64,000 nt of DNA from positions 48,838-112,837 of the forward strand of contig PNKY01000012.1 of assembly GCA_013822765.1 (NCBI GenBank). Reading direction: 5' to 3'. Positions within the stretch are counted from its first letter, which is position 1, and the number at the start of each line of letters is the position of its first letter. Positions 37,311 to 46,863 of the stretch are shown here, one piece after another. A model generated the notes under the pieces. The model was not told where the DNA came from and searched no databases. It saw only the letters and a list, made by a program, of their open reading frames with translations. Both the position numbers and the translations under genes were made by a program. The DNA comes from Rhodospirillum sp. (GTDB taxonomy: Bacteria > Pseudomonadota > Alphaproteobacteria > Dongiales > Dongiaceae).

Positions 37311-38084
37311 CTACGACCGCGCCTTGGCCTTCGGGCGAAGAATATGGCGGTGATCTGCGTGATAGAGGCGGCTGTCCTCGAAGTCGCGCTTGCCGAATAC
37401 GCGACCGACCAGGATCAAGGCGGTGCGCGTGATCTTGGTCTCCTTCACCTTGCCCTTGATGTCGCCGAGGGTGCCAAAGATGGCTTCCTGGTCCGGCCAG
37501 CCCACGCGGAAGGCCACCACCACCGGACAGTCCGCCCCGTAATGCGGTGTCAGCTCGCTCACCACCTTGTGGATGTTGCGCACCGACAGATGAATGGCGA
37601 GGGTCGCGCCGGATTGCCCGAGCGTCGCCAGATCCTCGCCCTTGGGCATCGGCGATGCAGAGCCGTCGGTGCGGGTGATGATGATGGTCTGGCTCACCTC
37701 AGGCAGAGTCAACTCGGTCTTCAACATCGCGGCCGCCGCGGCGAAGGCCGGCACGCCCGGCGTCACGTCGTAGTCGATGCCGAGTTCATCCAGTCGGCGC
37801 ATCTGTTCCGCGGTCGCGCCATAGATCGATGGATCGCCGGAATGCACGCGCGCGACCGTCTTGCCGTCCGCGATCGCCTGCTGCATGTGCGCGACGATCT
37901 CATCCAGCGTCAGCGGCGCGGTGTCGATCACCAGCGCATCCGGCCGCGCCATCGCGATTACCGCCGGCGGTACCAGCGAGCCGGCATACAGGACCACCGG
38001 CGCCTCCTCGATCAGGCGCTTGCCGCGCACGGTGATGAGCTCCGGATCGCCCGGCCCAGCGCCGATGAAATGCACCATGCTCAT
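37311..38084 (-). CDS. cobM: Precorrin-4 C11-methyltransferase
   Basis: HFIGAGPGDPELIT, LYAGSLV, RVHSGDPSIYG, ELTLPEVSQT, SRLY. Confidence 0.95.
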   Translation of the reverse strand: MSMVHFIGAGPGDPELITVRGKRLIEEAPVVLYAGSLVPPAVIAMARPDALVIDTAPLTLDEIVAHMQQAIADGKTVARVHSGDPSIYGATAEQMRRLDELGIDYDVTPGVPAFAAAAAMLKTELTLPEVSQTIIITRTDGSASPMPKGEDLATLGQSGATLAIHLSVRNIHKVVSELTPHYGADCPVVVAFRVGWPDQEAIFGTLGDIKGKVKETKITRTALILVGRVFGKRDFEDSRLYHADHRHILRPKAKARS

Positions 38085-39904
38085 GCCGCGCCCTTCCCCT
38101 CATCCATCTTCTTGGCATAGCCGCGCGGGGTGTAGACCCAGACGCCGCCGTCGGGCCGTTGCACCGCACGAGTCGCGCTCGAGCCGACGATGACCAGCGT
38201 CAGCATGTCGACGTCCTCGACCTTGAGATCGCCCAGCGTAACCACAGCAACAGTCTCACCCTCGCGGCCCAGGTTGCGCGCCAGCACCACCGGCGTCTCC
38301 GCCGGGCGGTGGCGCAGCAGAATCTCCCTCGCCGCCGCCAGCTGCGTGCGCCGGCGCTGCGAAACCGGATTGTAGAACGCCACCACGAAATCCCCTGCCG
38401 CTGCGGTCAGCAGACGCTGCTCGATCGCCTCCCACGGCGTCAACAGATCGCTCAGGGAGATGGCACAGAAATCGTGGCCAAGCGGCGCGCCGATGCGGGC
38501 GGCTGCCGTCTGCATCGCGGACACGCCCGGCAGGCCCCTGATCTCCACCCGCGCCGAGTCGGCGTTGCCCTCGCGGTCGATCAGCTCGAACACCAAGGTT
38601 GCCATGGCATAGATGCCGGCATCGCCCGAGCACACCAGCGCCACGTCGCGCCCCTGCGCCGCGAGACCAAGGGCGATGCGCACCCGCATCTCCTCCTCGC
38701 CCAGCTCGTAGCCGTGCCGCGCCTTGTGCTCGGCGAGCGGCCCCAGCAGGTCGAGATAGAGCTTATAGCCGACCAAGTCGGTCGCCTTGGTAATCGCGGC
38801 TTCCACCTCGTGCGTGCGCGCCGCCGCCGCGCCGGGGCCGATGCCGACGATGGCAAGCGAGCCGCGTGCGCGGCCGACGAATTGCGGATCGACGATCTCC
38901 GCCGAGCGCGCAACCGCGCAGGTCGCGCGCTGCGAGCGCTGCTTGGGCAAGACGAGGTCGCCCTCTGCGCCGACGCCGGCGAGCGCCGCGCCTTCCGCCA
39001 CGCCATGGCAGCCGGTCTCGCGATAGACCAGGTCGGACGGATTCTTCAGCCGCGGCGTCTCGCGCTCCAGCCGCGCCGCATCGAAGAAGCGCGCCGGCAC
39101 GCCGAGCCGCCGCGCGACGCCCTGGATCGCCGGCTCGGCGGCTTTGAGCGCGATCGAGGTGACGCAGGCGACAGCTTCCTTGGCGATGTTCGCGTTGGCG
39201 AGCGAGTCCACAACCAGCGCCCACACTTCGGACTCCTCCGCCAGACGCTCGCAGCCGAGGCCGAGCACGACGGTCTGCGGCGCATAGACCAGATCGGCCT
39301 CCGCGTCCGCGCGATCGCTGACTAGGATCGTGATGGGCCCATCGCCCGCCTGCGGCAGGGCCAGCAGCCAATCCGGCTCGGGCCCGGATTCAACGACGAT
39401 GCGAGCGGTAGCGCCGGCCAGCAGCTCCGCTGCCACGCGCTTGTAGCCGGCCTTCTCGCGCAGCCGCCATCCGGCCGGCGGCGCATCGAGCGGCAGGCGC
39501 AACGTTACGTCGCTGGCCGTGGTCAAGGCTGCGGTCGCGCCGAGCATCTCGGCGAGCCGCACGGCCAAGACATTTGCGCCATGATGGCCGCCCAGCAGCG
39601 GCACCACCACCGAGGCGTCCTCCGCCACCGCCAGCACCGGCGGATCGCTTTCCTTCGAGATCAGGAAGGGCGCGAGCGTGCGGATCAGGATCCCGGTGGC
39701 GCAGACGCCGATGATCGGCCGGTCCGCGGCAAACACATCGTGCAGGATGGCGCCGACGTTGCTGAAGGTCCGGTCGCAATCGGCAACGCGGCCTTCCAGC
39801 CCGAACACCTCGCCGGACCGCAACACCGCCTGGATGCGGCGCGCCAGCGCGGCGCCGGTCTCGGACAAGGCGATGATCGCAGGATCGTCGCGCAGCTCGG
39901 TCAT
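38081..39904 (-). CDS. cobJ: CbiG-CobJ fusion (cobalt-precorrin-5A hydrolase / precorrin-3B C17-methyltransferase)
   Basis: N-terminal CbiG (DPPVLAV..D, LLGGHHGAN, GLGCER, GVAEGAAL) and C-terminal methyltransferase (SGDAGIY, GHDFCAISLSDLLTPW, YTPRGY). Confidence 0.93.
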   Translation of the reverse strand: MTELRDDPAIIALSETGAALARRIQAVLRSGEVFGLEGRVADCDRTFSNVGAILHDVFAADRPIIGVCATGILIRTLAPFLISKESDPPVLAVAEDASVVVPLLGGHHGANVLAVRLAEMLGATAALTTASDVTLRLPLDAPPAGWRLREKAGYKRVAAELLAGATARIVVESGPEPDWLLALPQAGDGPITILVSDRADAEADLVYAPQTVVLGLGCERLAEESEVWALVVDSLANANIAKEAVACVTSIALKAAEPAIQGVARRLGVPARFFDAARLERETPRLKNPSDLVYRETGCHGVAEGAALAGVGAEGDLVLPKQRSQRATCAVARSAEIVDPQFVGRARGSLAIVGIGPGAAAARTHEVEAAITKATDLVGYKLYLDLLGPLAEHKARHGYELGEEEMRVRIALGLAAQGRDVALVCSGDAGIYAMATLVFELIDREGNADSARVEIRGLPGVSAMQTAAARIGAPLGHDFCAISLSDLLTPWEAIEQRLLTAAAGDFVVAFYNPVSQRRRTQLAAAREILLRHRPAETPVVLARNLGREGETVAVVTLGDLKVEDVDMLTLVIVGSSATRAVQRPDGGVWVYTPRGYAKKMDEGKGAA

Positions 39905-40605
39905 TTCCAAGCATCCCCGCGGCGATGGACCAGCAGCATCGAGAAATAGGGCACGGCATCGGCCGGCACCTCGTGCAGCGGCAGCACGCGCTCGGTCGCC
40001 AGCGTCGCATGCTCGACATAGCGCGTGCGGTCGGCGAGATTCAAGTCGGTCAGCACTTTGCGCACCTTGGCGAAGTGGCGGCCGACCTTGATGATGGCGG
40101 CAGCCTCGATCTCGGACAAGCGCCGGCGCAGCTCCTCCTCCGGCAGCGGCGCGGGGATGACGGTCAGCACGTCGTTGCGCGCCGCCAGCGCGCCGCGGGT
40201 AGCGGTGGCGCAGGCCATCAGCGACGACACGCCCGGCACCACCTCCACCCGGCAGCGGTCGGCGAGGCGCGCGAACAGATACATGAAGGAGCCGTAGAAG
40301 AACGGGTCGCCCTCGCACAGCACCGTCACCTGCTTGCCATCCTGCGCGGCCTTCGCAATCGTCGCCGCCGCACGGTCATAGACATCGTCCTTCGGAAAGC
40401 GTCCGTCGCCGATATTCATGCGGATCGCCAGCTCCGCGATGCCCTGCGGCACGTGCGGCGCCGCGATCTGACGCGCGAAGCTCGGCCCCTCCTCCGGCGC
40501 CGGATAGGCGATCAGGTCGGCCGACCCAATCAGCCGCGCCGCCTTCAAGGTCAACAGCTCCGGATCGCCCGGCCCCACGCCGACGCCGTAGACGATGCCG
40601 GTCAT
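39901..40605 (-). CDS. cobI: Precorrin-2 C20-methyltransferase
   Basis: YGVGVGPGDPELLTLKA, LCEGDPFFYGSFMY, PYFS. Confidence 0.95.
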   Translation of the reverse strand: MTGIVYGVGVGPGDPELLTLKAARLIGSADLIAYPAPEEGPSFARQIAAPHVPQGIAELAIRMNIGDGRFPKDDVYDRAAATIAKAAQDGKQVTVLCEGDPFFYGSFMYLFARLADRCRVEVVPGVSSLMACATATRGALAARNDVLTVIPAPLPEEELRRRLSEIEAAAIIKVGRHFAKVRKVLTDLNLADRTRYVEHATLATERVLPLHEVPADAVPYFSMLLVHRRGDAWK

Positions 40606-41807
40606 TTCTTGTCCACCCAATACTGTGTCACGGGCATCAGCGGCTTCCAGCCGTGCAGATCGCCCACCGGCGCGAGGCGCGCGACAGACAGGCGCGTCAT
40701 GTCGCCGCCCAGCTTGCCGCGCAACGCGAACAGATGCCCCTCGCCCTCCGCCGTCACGGCATTGGCGACCAGCCGCCCACCCGGCTTCAGTCGCGCCCAT
40801 GCCCCTTCGACCACACCGGCATCGCCAACGCCACCGCCAATGAAAATCGCATCGGGCTCAGAGAGGCCGTCATAGGCTTGCGGTGCACTACCCTCAACCA
40901 GCTTCAGATGCGGCGTGCCGAGCGCTGCCGCGTTGGCTTCGATCAAACCCTGACGCGTTATGTTGTTCTCGATGGCAATGGCGGACAGGGAACGATGCGT
41001 GCGCAGCCACTCGATCGCGATGGAACCGCAACCGGCCCCGACATCCCACAGCAGCTGCCCCGGCAACGGCCGCAGCGCCGACAGGGTCGCGGCGCGGATC
41101 TCGCGCTTGGTCAGCTGGCCGTCGTGCTGGAAAGCTTCGTCCGGCAAACCCGGCGTCAGCGATAGCGCACGAACCTCCGGGTCGGCCCGGCATTCGACCG
41201 CCAGCGTGTTGAGATCGGCGGCGCGCGGATAGGCCCAGGCATCGGCGCGGCCGCCATAGATGCGCTCGCGCGTGCCGCCCATATGCTCCAGCACCGTCAC
41301 ATCGCTCGCGCCGTAGCCGAGCTCGGTCAGGCGCCGCGCTACCTCGGCCGGTGACGTGCCGTCGTGCGACAGCACCAGCAGCCTGCGGTTCGGCGTCACC
41401 GCGCCCGCCAGCAGGTCGAGCGGGCGGCCGTGGATGGTGAGGCACTCGGTGTCGGCCAACGGCCAGCGCATGCGCGCGGCAGCCAGCGAAAAGGCGGAGA
41501 TGTGTGGGTAGACCGCCATCTCCTCGGCCGGCACGCGCTTGGCGAGCGCGACACCGATGCCGAAATGCATGGGATCGCCGGTCGCCAGCACGACCACGGG
41601 CTTGCCGCGACGCGACCAGATGTCATCGAGCGTCAACGACAACGGCGAGGCCCAGCTCTTCTTCTCGGCACGTGCCTGCTCCACCATCGCCAAATGCCGC
41701 TCGCCGCCGACGATCAGCTCGGCGTGCTCGATCAGCGCCTGCAGTGCGCGCGGCAGGGCTTCGATGCCGTCCTCGCCGACGCCGATGACATTGAGCCAGA
41801 CGCTCAT
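40602..41807 (-). CDS. cobL: Precorrin-6Y C5,15-methyltransferase (decarboxylating), CbiE/CbiT fusion
   Basis: VIGVGEDG, ATGDPMHFG, HDGQLTKREIR, WDVGAGCGSI, GGRLVANAVT. Confidence 0.95.
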   Translation of the reverse strand: MSVWLNVIGVGEDGIEALPRALQALIEHAELIVGGERHLAMVEQARAEKKSWASPLSLTLDDIWSRRGKPVVVLATGDPMHFGIGVALAKRVPAEEMAVYPHISAFSLAAARMRWPLADTECLTIHGRPLDLLAGAVTPNRRLLVLSHDGTSPAEVARRLTELGYGASDVTVLEHMGGTRERIYGGRADAWAYPRAADLNTLAVECRADPEVRALSLTPGLPDEAFQHDGQLTKREIRAATLSALRPLPGQLLWDVGAGCGSIAIEWLRTHRSLSAIAIENNITRQGLIEANAAALGTPHLKLVEGSAPQAYDGLSEPDAIFIGGGVGDAGVVEGAWARLKPGGRLVANAVTAEGEGHLFALRGKLGGDMTRLSVARLAPVGDLHGWKPLMPVTQYWVDKK

Positions 41808-42442
41808 GCCTCGGCTCCCGGCTTGTCGTCGGCGAGCGCGTTGATCGCGGCCGCCGCCATCGCGCTGCCGCCGCGCCGGCCGCGCAGGGTCAGATAGGGA
41901 ATGCCGAGCTTGGCGTCGATCAACGCTTGCTTGGATTCGACCGCGCCGACAAAGCCGACCGGGAAGCCGAAGATCGCTGCGGGCCTGGGTCCGCCGGCCT
42001 CGACCAAGTCGAGCAGATGGAACAGGGCGGTCGGCGCGTTGCCGATCGCGACAACGGCGCCCTGCAGGCGGGCGCGCCACAGCTCGACCGATGCCGCGGA
42101 GCGCGTGGTGGCGAGCCGGCGCGCGGTCTCCGCCACCGTCTCCTCGGCGATGACGCAGACGATCTCGGTCTTCGGGAAGCGGCCGCGGACGATGCCGGAC
42201 GCCACCATCTGCGCGTCGGCCAGGATCGGCGCACCGCCGGCGATGGCGCGCTGCGCTGCGGCGACCGGCTCGCCGTGCCAGGCGAGGTCAGCCACCAGAT
42301 CCGTCATTCCGCAGGCATGGATCATGCGCCGAGCCACTGCGCGCAGCGGCTCCGGTAAACCATCGAGCCGCGCTTCCGCCTCGATGGTCGCGAACGACTG
42401 CCGATAGATCTCCGCCGGGTCCTTGACGTAGTCGCGGGGCAT
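41804..42442 (-). CDS. cobH: Precorrin-8X methylmutase
   Basis: IYRQSFATI, RMIHACG, TRSAA, IGNAPTALF, PVGFVGA.ESK, GRRGGS. Confidence 0.95.
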   Translation of the reverse strand: MPRDYVKDPAEIYRQSFATIEAEARLDGLPEPLRAVARRMIHACGMTDLVADLAWHGEPVAAAQRAIAGGAPILADAQMVASGIVRGRFPKTEIVCVIAEETVAETARRLATTRSAASVELWRARLQGAVVAIGNAPTALFHLLDLVEAGGPRPAAIFGFPVGFVGAVESKQALIDAKLGIPYLTLRGRRGGSAMAAAAINALADDKPGAEA

Positions 42443-42482
42443 GGCGCGGCTCACCACTGCGCGCCGGGGGCTCTCTCCTCTA

Positions 42483-42588
42483 CCGTCATCCCCGGGCCGA
42501 CGCAAAGCGTCGAGACCCGGTGATCCAAGTTTCGGGGTGCAGTCCCGATTGCAACTTGGATCACCGGGTCTTCGCCCGGTGATGACGG
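42483..42588. repeat. REP-like cruciform palindromic element (family 1 variant) between cbiX and cobH
   Basis: CCGTCATC...GATCCAAGTT / AACTTGGATC...GATGACGG with two side hairpins. Confidence 0.85.
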
Positions 42589-42613
42589 AAGAGAAGAGGT
42601 CATGATGCACGCC

Positions 42614-43744
42614 TCACAACCGCTCCGGATCGCGCTTGCCGGGGCCGTGCGGATGGTCCGGGAACGGCGGGGGGAAGTGCGTGTGGGTGTGCCCATGTCC
42701 ATGAGCGTGCGCATGGTCATGGTCGTGATGGTCGTGCGCGTGGCCATGATCGTGACCATGTCCGTGATCATGGTGGTGGTGGTGGTGGTGATCGTGGTCG
42801 CCGGGCGCATGATCGTGATCATGATGATGGTCATGCCCATCATGGTCATGATCATGCCCGTGCACCGCGCCCGTGCCGATGCCTTCCACGTGATGGTGGT
42901 GGCTCTCCTGCACCCGGCCGACCTCCGCCTCGTAGCCGATCGCCTGCTCGCGGTATTTGCACATCTGGCAGTTCATCGCGTTGTCGCCGGCGAGGATCTC
43001 GCGCACCCGCTCGGCGAAGGCATCCAGCACCAGCGGGTGGTCGTTGAGATAGCTCGCCTTCAGGAACTCGATCTCGGGATGGCGCGCCGCCATCTGGTCT
43101 GCGATGTCGTAGATCCGCTTCACCAGCACCCCGGTGAACAGGAAATAGGGGAACACGATGATGCGCTTGTAGCCGAGCTTCACCGCATGCTCGAGGCCAG
43201 GCCCGACCAGCGGGAAGGCGACGCCGGAATAGCACACCTCGGTCCAGCCGAAGCCCATGCCTTCCCACAGCATGCGCGCGACCTTGGAGATGTTGGAGTT
43301 GGCGTCGGGATCGGAGGTGCCGCGCCCCACCACCACCAGCAACGTCTCGGCGCGCGGCACCTTGCGGCTGACCGTGCGCTCGGCCTGCTCGATGCGCTCG
43401 CGCGCGGCCCGCAGCAGCTTGAGGTCGACCGACAGGTCGCGGCCGTATTCGATGCGGAAGCCGGGGTTGTCCGCCTGGTATTTGTTGAGCACCGAGGGAA
43501 TGTCGTCCTTGGCGTGGCCGGCGGCAAACAGCATGCCTGGCACGGCGAGACACCGCGTCACGCCCTGCTTGCGCAGCGCGTCGAGCCCGTCGCGGATGAT
43601 CGGGCGCGCGAATTCGAGGAACCCGTAGTCGGCGGGGAATTCCGGCAGGCGCTGGGCGATGCCGCGCGCCACCGCCTGGAACTCGGTGATCGCCTCTTCG
43701 TCGCGGCTGCCGTGGCCGCACACCATCACGCCGATCTTGCTCAT
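42614..43744 (-). CDS. cbiX: Sirohydrochlorin cobaltochelatase, long form with MxCxxC motif and His-rich tail
   Basis: GHGSRD, FLEFARP, AGHAK.DIP, PYFLFTG, MNCQMCKYR, C-terminal tail with about 40 His. Confidence 0.92.
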   Translation of the reverse strand: MSKIGVMVCGHGSRDEEAITEFQAVARGIAQRLPEFPADYGFLEFARPIIRDGLDALRKQGVTRCLAVPGMLFAAGHAKDDIPSVLNKYQADNPGFRIEYGRDLSVDLKLLRAARERIEQAERTVSRKVPRAETLLVVVGRGTSDPDANSNISKVARMLWEGMGFGWTEVCYSGVAFPLVGPGLEHAVKLGYKRIIVFPYFLFTGVLVKRIYDIADQMAARHPEIEFLKASYLNDHPLVLDAFAERVREILAGDNAMNCQMCKYREQAIGYEAEVGRVQESHHHHVEGIGTGAVHGHDHDHDGHDHHHDHDHAPGDHDHHHHHHHDHGHGHDHGHAHDHHDHDHAHAHGHGHTHTHFPPPFPDHPHGPGKRDPERL

Positions 43745-43815
43745 GCTCGTTCGCTCCCCCCGTCATTCCTGGGGGCCGATTGACGCGCAGCGCCAAATCG
43801 GCCAATGAACCTTGG

Positions 43816-44790
43816 ATGTTCCTGTTCGCGCGTTCCGAATCCCTGCTGCTCTCGCTCGCCCTCGACGCCGTGTTCGGCGATCCGGAGGCGTTGAACCGGC
43901 GCCAGCTCCATCCCGTCCAGCTGATCGGCCGGGTCATTGCATGGGCCGATGCCCGCTTCAATCGCGAAAGCGACACGCCGGGTCGCCGGCGCAATTCCGG
44001 CGCCTGGACCACGATCGGGCTGCTGGCGGGCGCGCTGATCCTGGGCCATCTGGTCCAGACCCTGCTGCTCGCCTTGCCGCTCGGCTGGCTGTTGCTGGCG
44101 ATCGTGATGTCCACCCTGATCGCGCAGAAGAGCCTCTACGACCATGTCGCGGCGGTCGCCTCGGGCCTGGAGACCGGCGGCCTCGGCGGCGGCCGGCTGG
44201 CGGTCTCGCGGATCGTGGGCCGCGATCCGGAAGCCCTGGACCAGGCCGGCGTCTCGCGCGCCGCGATCGAATCGCTGGCCGAAAACTATTCCGACGGCGT
44301 GGTGGCGCCGGTGTTCTGGGCCGCCCTGTTCGGGCTCCCCGGCCTCCTCGCCTACAAGGTCATCAACACCGCCGACAGCATGATCGGCCACAAGAGCCCG
44401 CGCCACCTGCATTTCGGCTGGGCGGCGGCGCGGTTGGACGATCTGCTCAACCTGGTTCCGGCGCGGCTTTCCGGAGTCCTGGTCTGCGCCGCGTCGTGGA
44501 TCCTGCCCGGCGCCGATCCGGTCGGCGCGTGGCGCGCACTGTGGCGCGATGCCAAGCATCACCGCTCGCCCAATGCCGGCTGGCCCGAAGCGGCGTTCGC
44601 CGGCGCACTCGGCCTCGCGATCGCCGGCCCGCGGGTCTATCACGGCGAACTGGTTGAGGATCACTGGATGAACGAGGGCGGCCGCCCGCACGCCGCGGCC
44701 CCGGACATCCGCATGGCGCTGCGGCTGTTCGTCCGCGCCTGCTGCGCGCAAGCCATGTTGCTGATCGCGCTTATCTGGCTGTTCGACTAG
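43816..44790 (+). CDS. cobD: Adenosylcobinamide-phosphate synthase
   Basis: [47 protein letters not shown]; alternative TTG start 43780. Confidence 0.94.
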   Translation: MFLFARSESLLLSLALDAVFGDPEALNRRQLHPVQLIGRVIAWADARFNRESDTPGRRRNSGAWTTIGLLAGALILGHLVQTLLLALPLGWLLLAIVMSTLIAQKSLYDHVAAVASGLETGGLGGGRLAVSRIVGRDPEALDQAGVSRAAIESLAENYSDGVVAPVFWAALFGLPGLLAYKVINTADSMIGHKSPRHLHFGWAAARLDDLLNLVPARLSGVLVCAASWILPGADPVGAWRALWRDAKHHRSPNAGWPEAAFAGALGLAIAGPRVYHGELVEDHWMNEGGRPHAAAPDIRMALRLFVRACCAQAMLLIALIWLFD

Positions 44791-46243
44791 CAAGGTCCAG
44801 GATCCTTTGCGTGTCGAGATGGCGCGCCAGGTGATCTGCCAGTTCGTCGAGCACCTGGTCCACCAAGGTCTCATACGCCACATCGCTGCGCGCGCGTGTG
44901 CGCAATCCATTCAGGAACGCGTGGCGGAAATCGTCGCCGGCGAAGATGCCGTGCACATAGCTGCCCATGATGCGCCCATCAGCCGACACCGCGCCGTCCG
45001 GGCGCCCGCCCAGGTCCAGCATCGGCCGCGTGCGATCCGCGCCGTCTGTCTTGCCGATATGCATCTCGTAGCCGCGCACGGTTTTACCGCTCAGGCGGTC
45101 CCGGCCGGTGACTTCCAGCAGCGCCTTGTCGCCGCCCAGCCGCGTCTCGACCTGTAGCAATCCGAGCCCGTCGACCGCGCCCGCCGGCCCTTCCGTGCCA
45201 TCGGGATCGTCGAGCCGCGTGCCCAGCATCTGGTAGCCGCCGCACAGGCCGAGCACGCGCCCGCCGCGCCGCGCATGCGCCTTGATGTCGATGTCCCAGC
45301 CTGCGGCGCGCAAGGCCTGCAAGTCGCCGATGGTGGACTTGGAGCCCGGCAACAGGATGAGGTCGGCATCGGCCGGCAGCGCATAGCCGGGCTCGACCAG
45401 CTCGACGCGCACATCCGGCTCGGCGCGCAGCGGGTCGAGATCGTCGAAATTGGAGATGCGCGGCAGCCGCGGCACCACGATCTTGATCGCGCCCTTCGTC
45501 TCGGTGCGATAGCCATTGAGCGCCACCGCATCCTCCGCCGGCAACAGGTGTGCGCGTTCGAACCACGGCACCACGCCGAGGCTCTTCAATCCGGTCGCGC
45601 GGTTGATGGTGGTGAGGCCGTCATCGAACAGCAAAGGATCGCCGCGGAACTTGTTGATAAGATAGCCCTGGATGCGCGCCACCTCGCCGTCCGGCAGCAG
45701 CGCCAGGGTACCGACGATCGATGCGATGACGCCCCCGCGGTCGATGTCGCCGACCAGCAGCACCGGCACATCGGTCGCCTCGGCGAAGCCCATGTTGGCG
45801 ATGTCGCCCTCGCGCAGGTTCACTTCCGCCGGGCTGCCGGCACCTTCGATCAGCACCAGGTCAGCCTCCTTGGAAAGCCGCGCGAAGCTGTCCAGCACCG
45901 CCGGCAGCAGTTGCGGTTTCAGTGTGCGATACTCGCGCGCCTTGGCCTGGCCCCAGACCTTGCCTTGCACCACCACCTGCGCACCGATCTCGCTCTGCGG
46001 CTTCAGCAGCACCGGGTTCATATGCACCGACGGCGCCACCCCGCAGGCCCGCGCCTGCAGCGCCTGGGCGCGCCCGATCTCGCCGCCTTCCGCCGTCACC
46101 GCCGCGTTGTTCGACATGTTCTGCGGCTTGAACGGCCGCACGTGCTTCCCTTGCCGCGCATAGAGCCGGCACAGGCCCGCGACGATCAGCGACTTGCCGA
46201 CGTCGGACCCGGTGCCCTGGAACATGATGGCGGAGGTTGGCAT
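44771..46243 (-). CDS. cobQ: Cobyric acid synthase
   Basis: [48 protein letters not shown]. Confidence 0.96.
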   Translation of the reverse strand: MPTSAIMFQGTGSDVGKSLIVAGLCRLYARQGKHVRPFKPQNMSNNAAVTAEGGEIGRAQALQARACGVAPSVHMNPVLLKPQSEIGAQVVVQGKVWGQAKAREYRTLKPQLLPAVLDSFARLSKEADLVLIEGAGSPAEVNLREGDIANMGFAEATDVPVLLVGDIDRGGVIASIVGTLALLPDGEVARIQGYLINKFRGDPLLFDDGLTTINRATGLKSLGVVPWFERAHLLPAEDAVALNGYRTETKGAIKIVVPRLPRISNFDDLDPLRAEPDVRVELVEPGYALPADADLILLPGSKSTIGDLQALRAAGWDIDIKAHARRGGRVLGLCGGYQMLGTRLDDPDGTEGPAGAVDGLGLLQVETRLGGDKALLEVTGRDRLSGKTVRGYEMHIGKTDGADRTRPMLDLGGRPDGAVSADGRIMGSYVHGIFAGDDFRHAFLNGLRTRARSDVAYETLVDQVLDELADHLARHLDTQRILDLASRTAR

Positions 46244-46248
46244 CGCGT

Positions 46249-46863
46249 CTAGAACTCGATCCCCTTCTGCGCCTTCACGCCGTCGCGGAAGGGGTGCTTC
46301 ACCATCTCCATCTCGGTGACCAGGTCGGCTACGGCGATCAGCTCGTCCTTGGCGTTGCGACCGGTGACGATGACATGCAGGTCGGGCCGGCGTGCCTGCA
46401 ACGCCGCCACCACTTCCTCGATCGGCAGATAGTCGTATCGCAGCGCGATGTTGAGCTCGTCCAGCAGCACCAGCTTGATGGCAGGGTCGGCCATCATCTT
46501 CTTGCCCTCTTCCCACGCCGCGCGGGCGTGGGCCACGTCGCGGGCGCGGTCCTGGGTTTCCCAGGTGAAGCCTTCACCCAGCGCCTTGATGGTGCAGAGC
46601 TCGGGGAACTTCTCCAGCACCCAGCGCTCTCCGGTGTCCCACTTGCCCTTGATGAACTGGATGACACCGACCTTCATGCCGTGGCCGATGCAGCGCATCA
46701 CCATGCCGAAGGCGGCCGTCGACTTGCCCTTGCCCTTGCCGGTGTGAACGATCAGCAGGCCCTTCTCGATGGTCTTGGCGGCCATCATCTTGTCGCGCGC
46801 TTCCTTGCGCTTGGCGGATTTCTCGTCGGCGCGGCGGTTGAGGTCGTCGGCGTCTTCGGTCAT
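46249..46863 (-). CDS. cobO: Cob(I)yrinate diamide adenosyltransferase
   Basis: [39 protein letters not shown]. Confidence 0.96.
   Translation of the reverse strand: MTEDADDLNRRADEKSAKRKEARDKMMAAKTIEKGLLIVHTGKGKGKSTAAFGMVMRCIGHGMKVGVIQFIKGKWDTGERWVLEKFPELCTIKALGEGFTWETQDRARDVAHARAAWEEGKKMMADPAIKLVLLDELNIALRYDYLPIEEVVAALQARRPDLHVIVTGRNAKDELIAVADLVTEMEMVKHPFRDGVKAQKGIEF

Noticed and set aside
42680-42900. ATG/GTG-rich low-complexity tract as a repeat array or CRISPR
   Set aside because: It is the reverse complement of the His/Asp codons of the CbiX tail.
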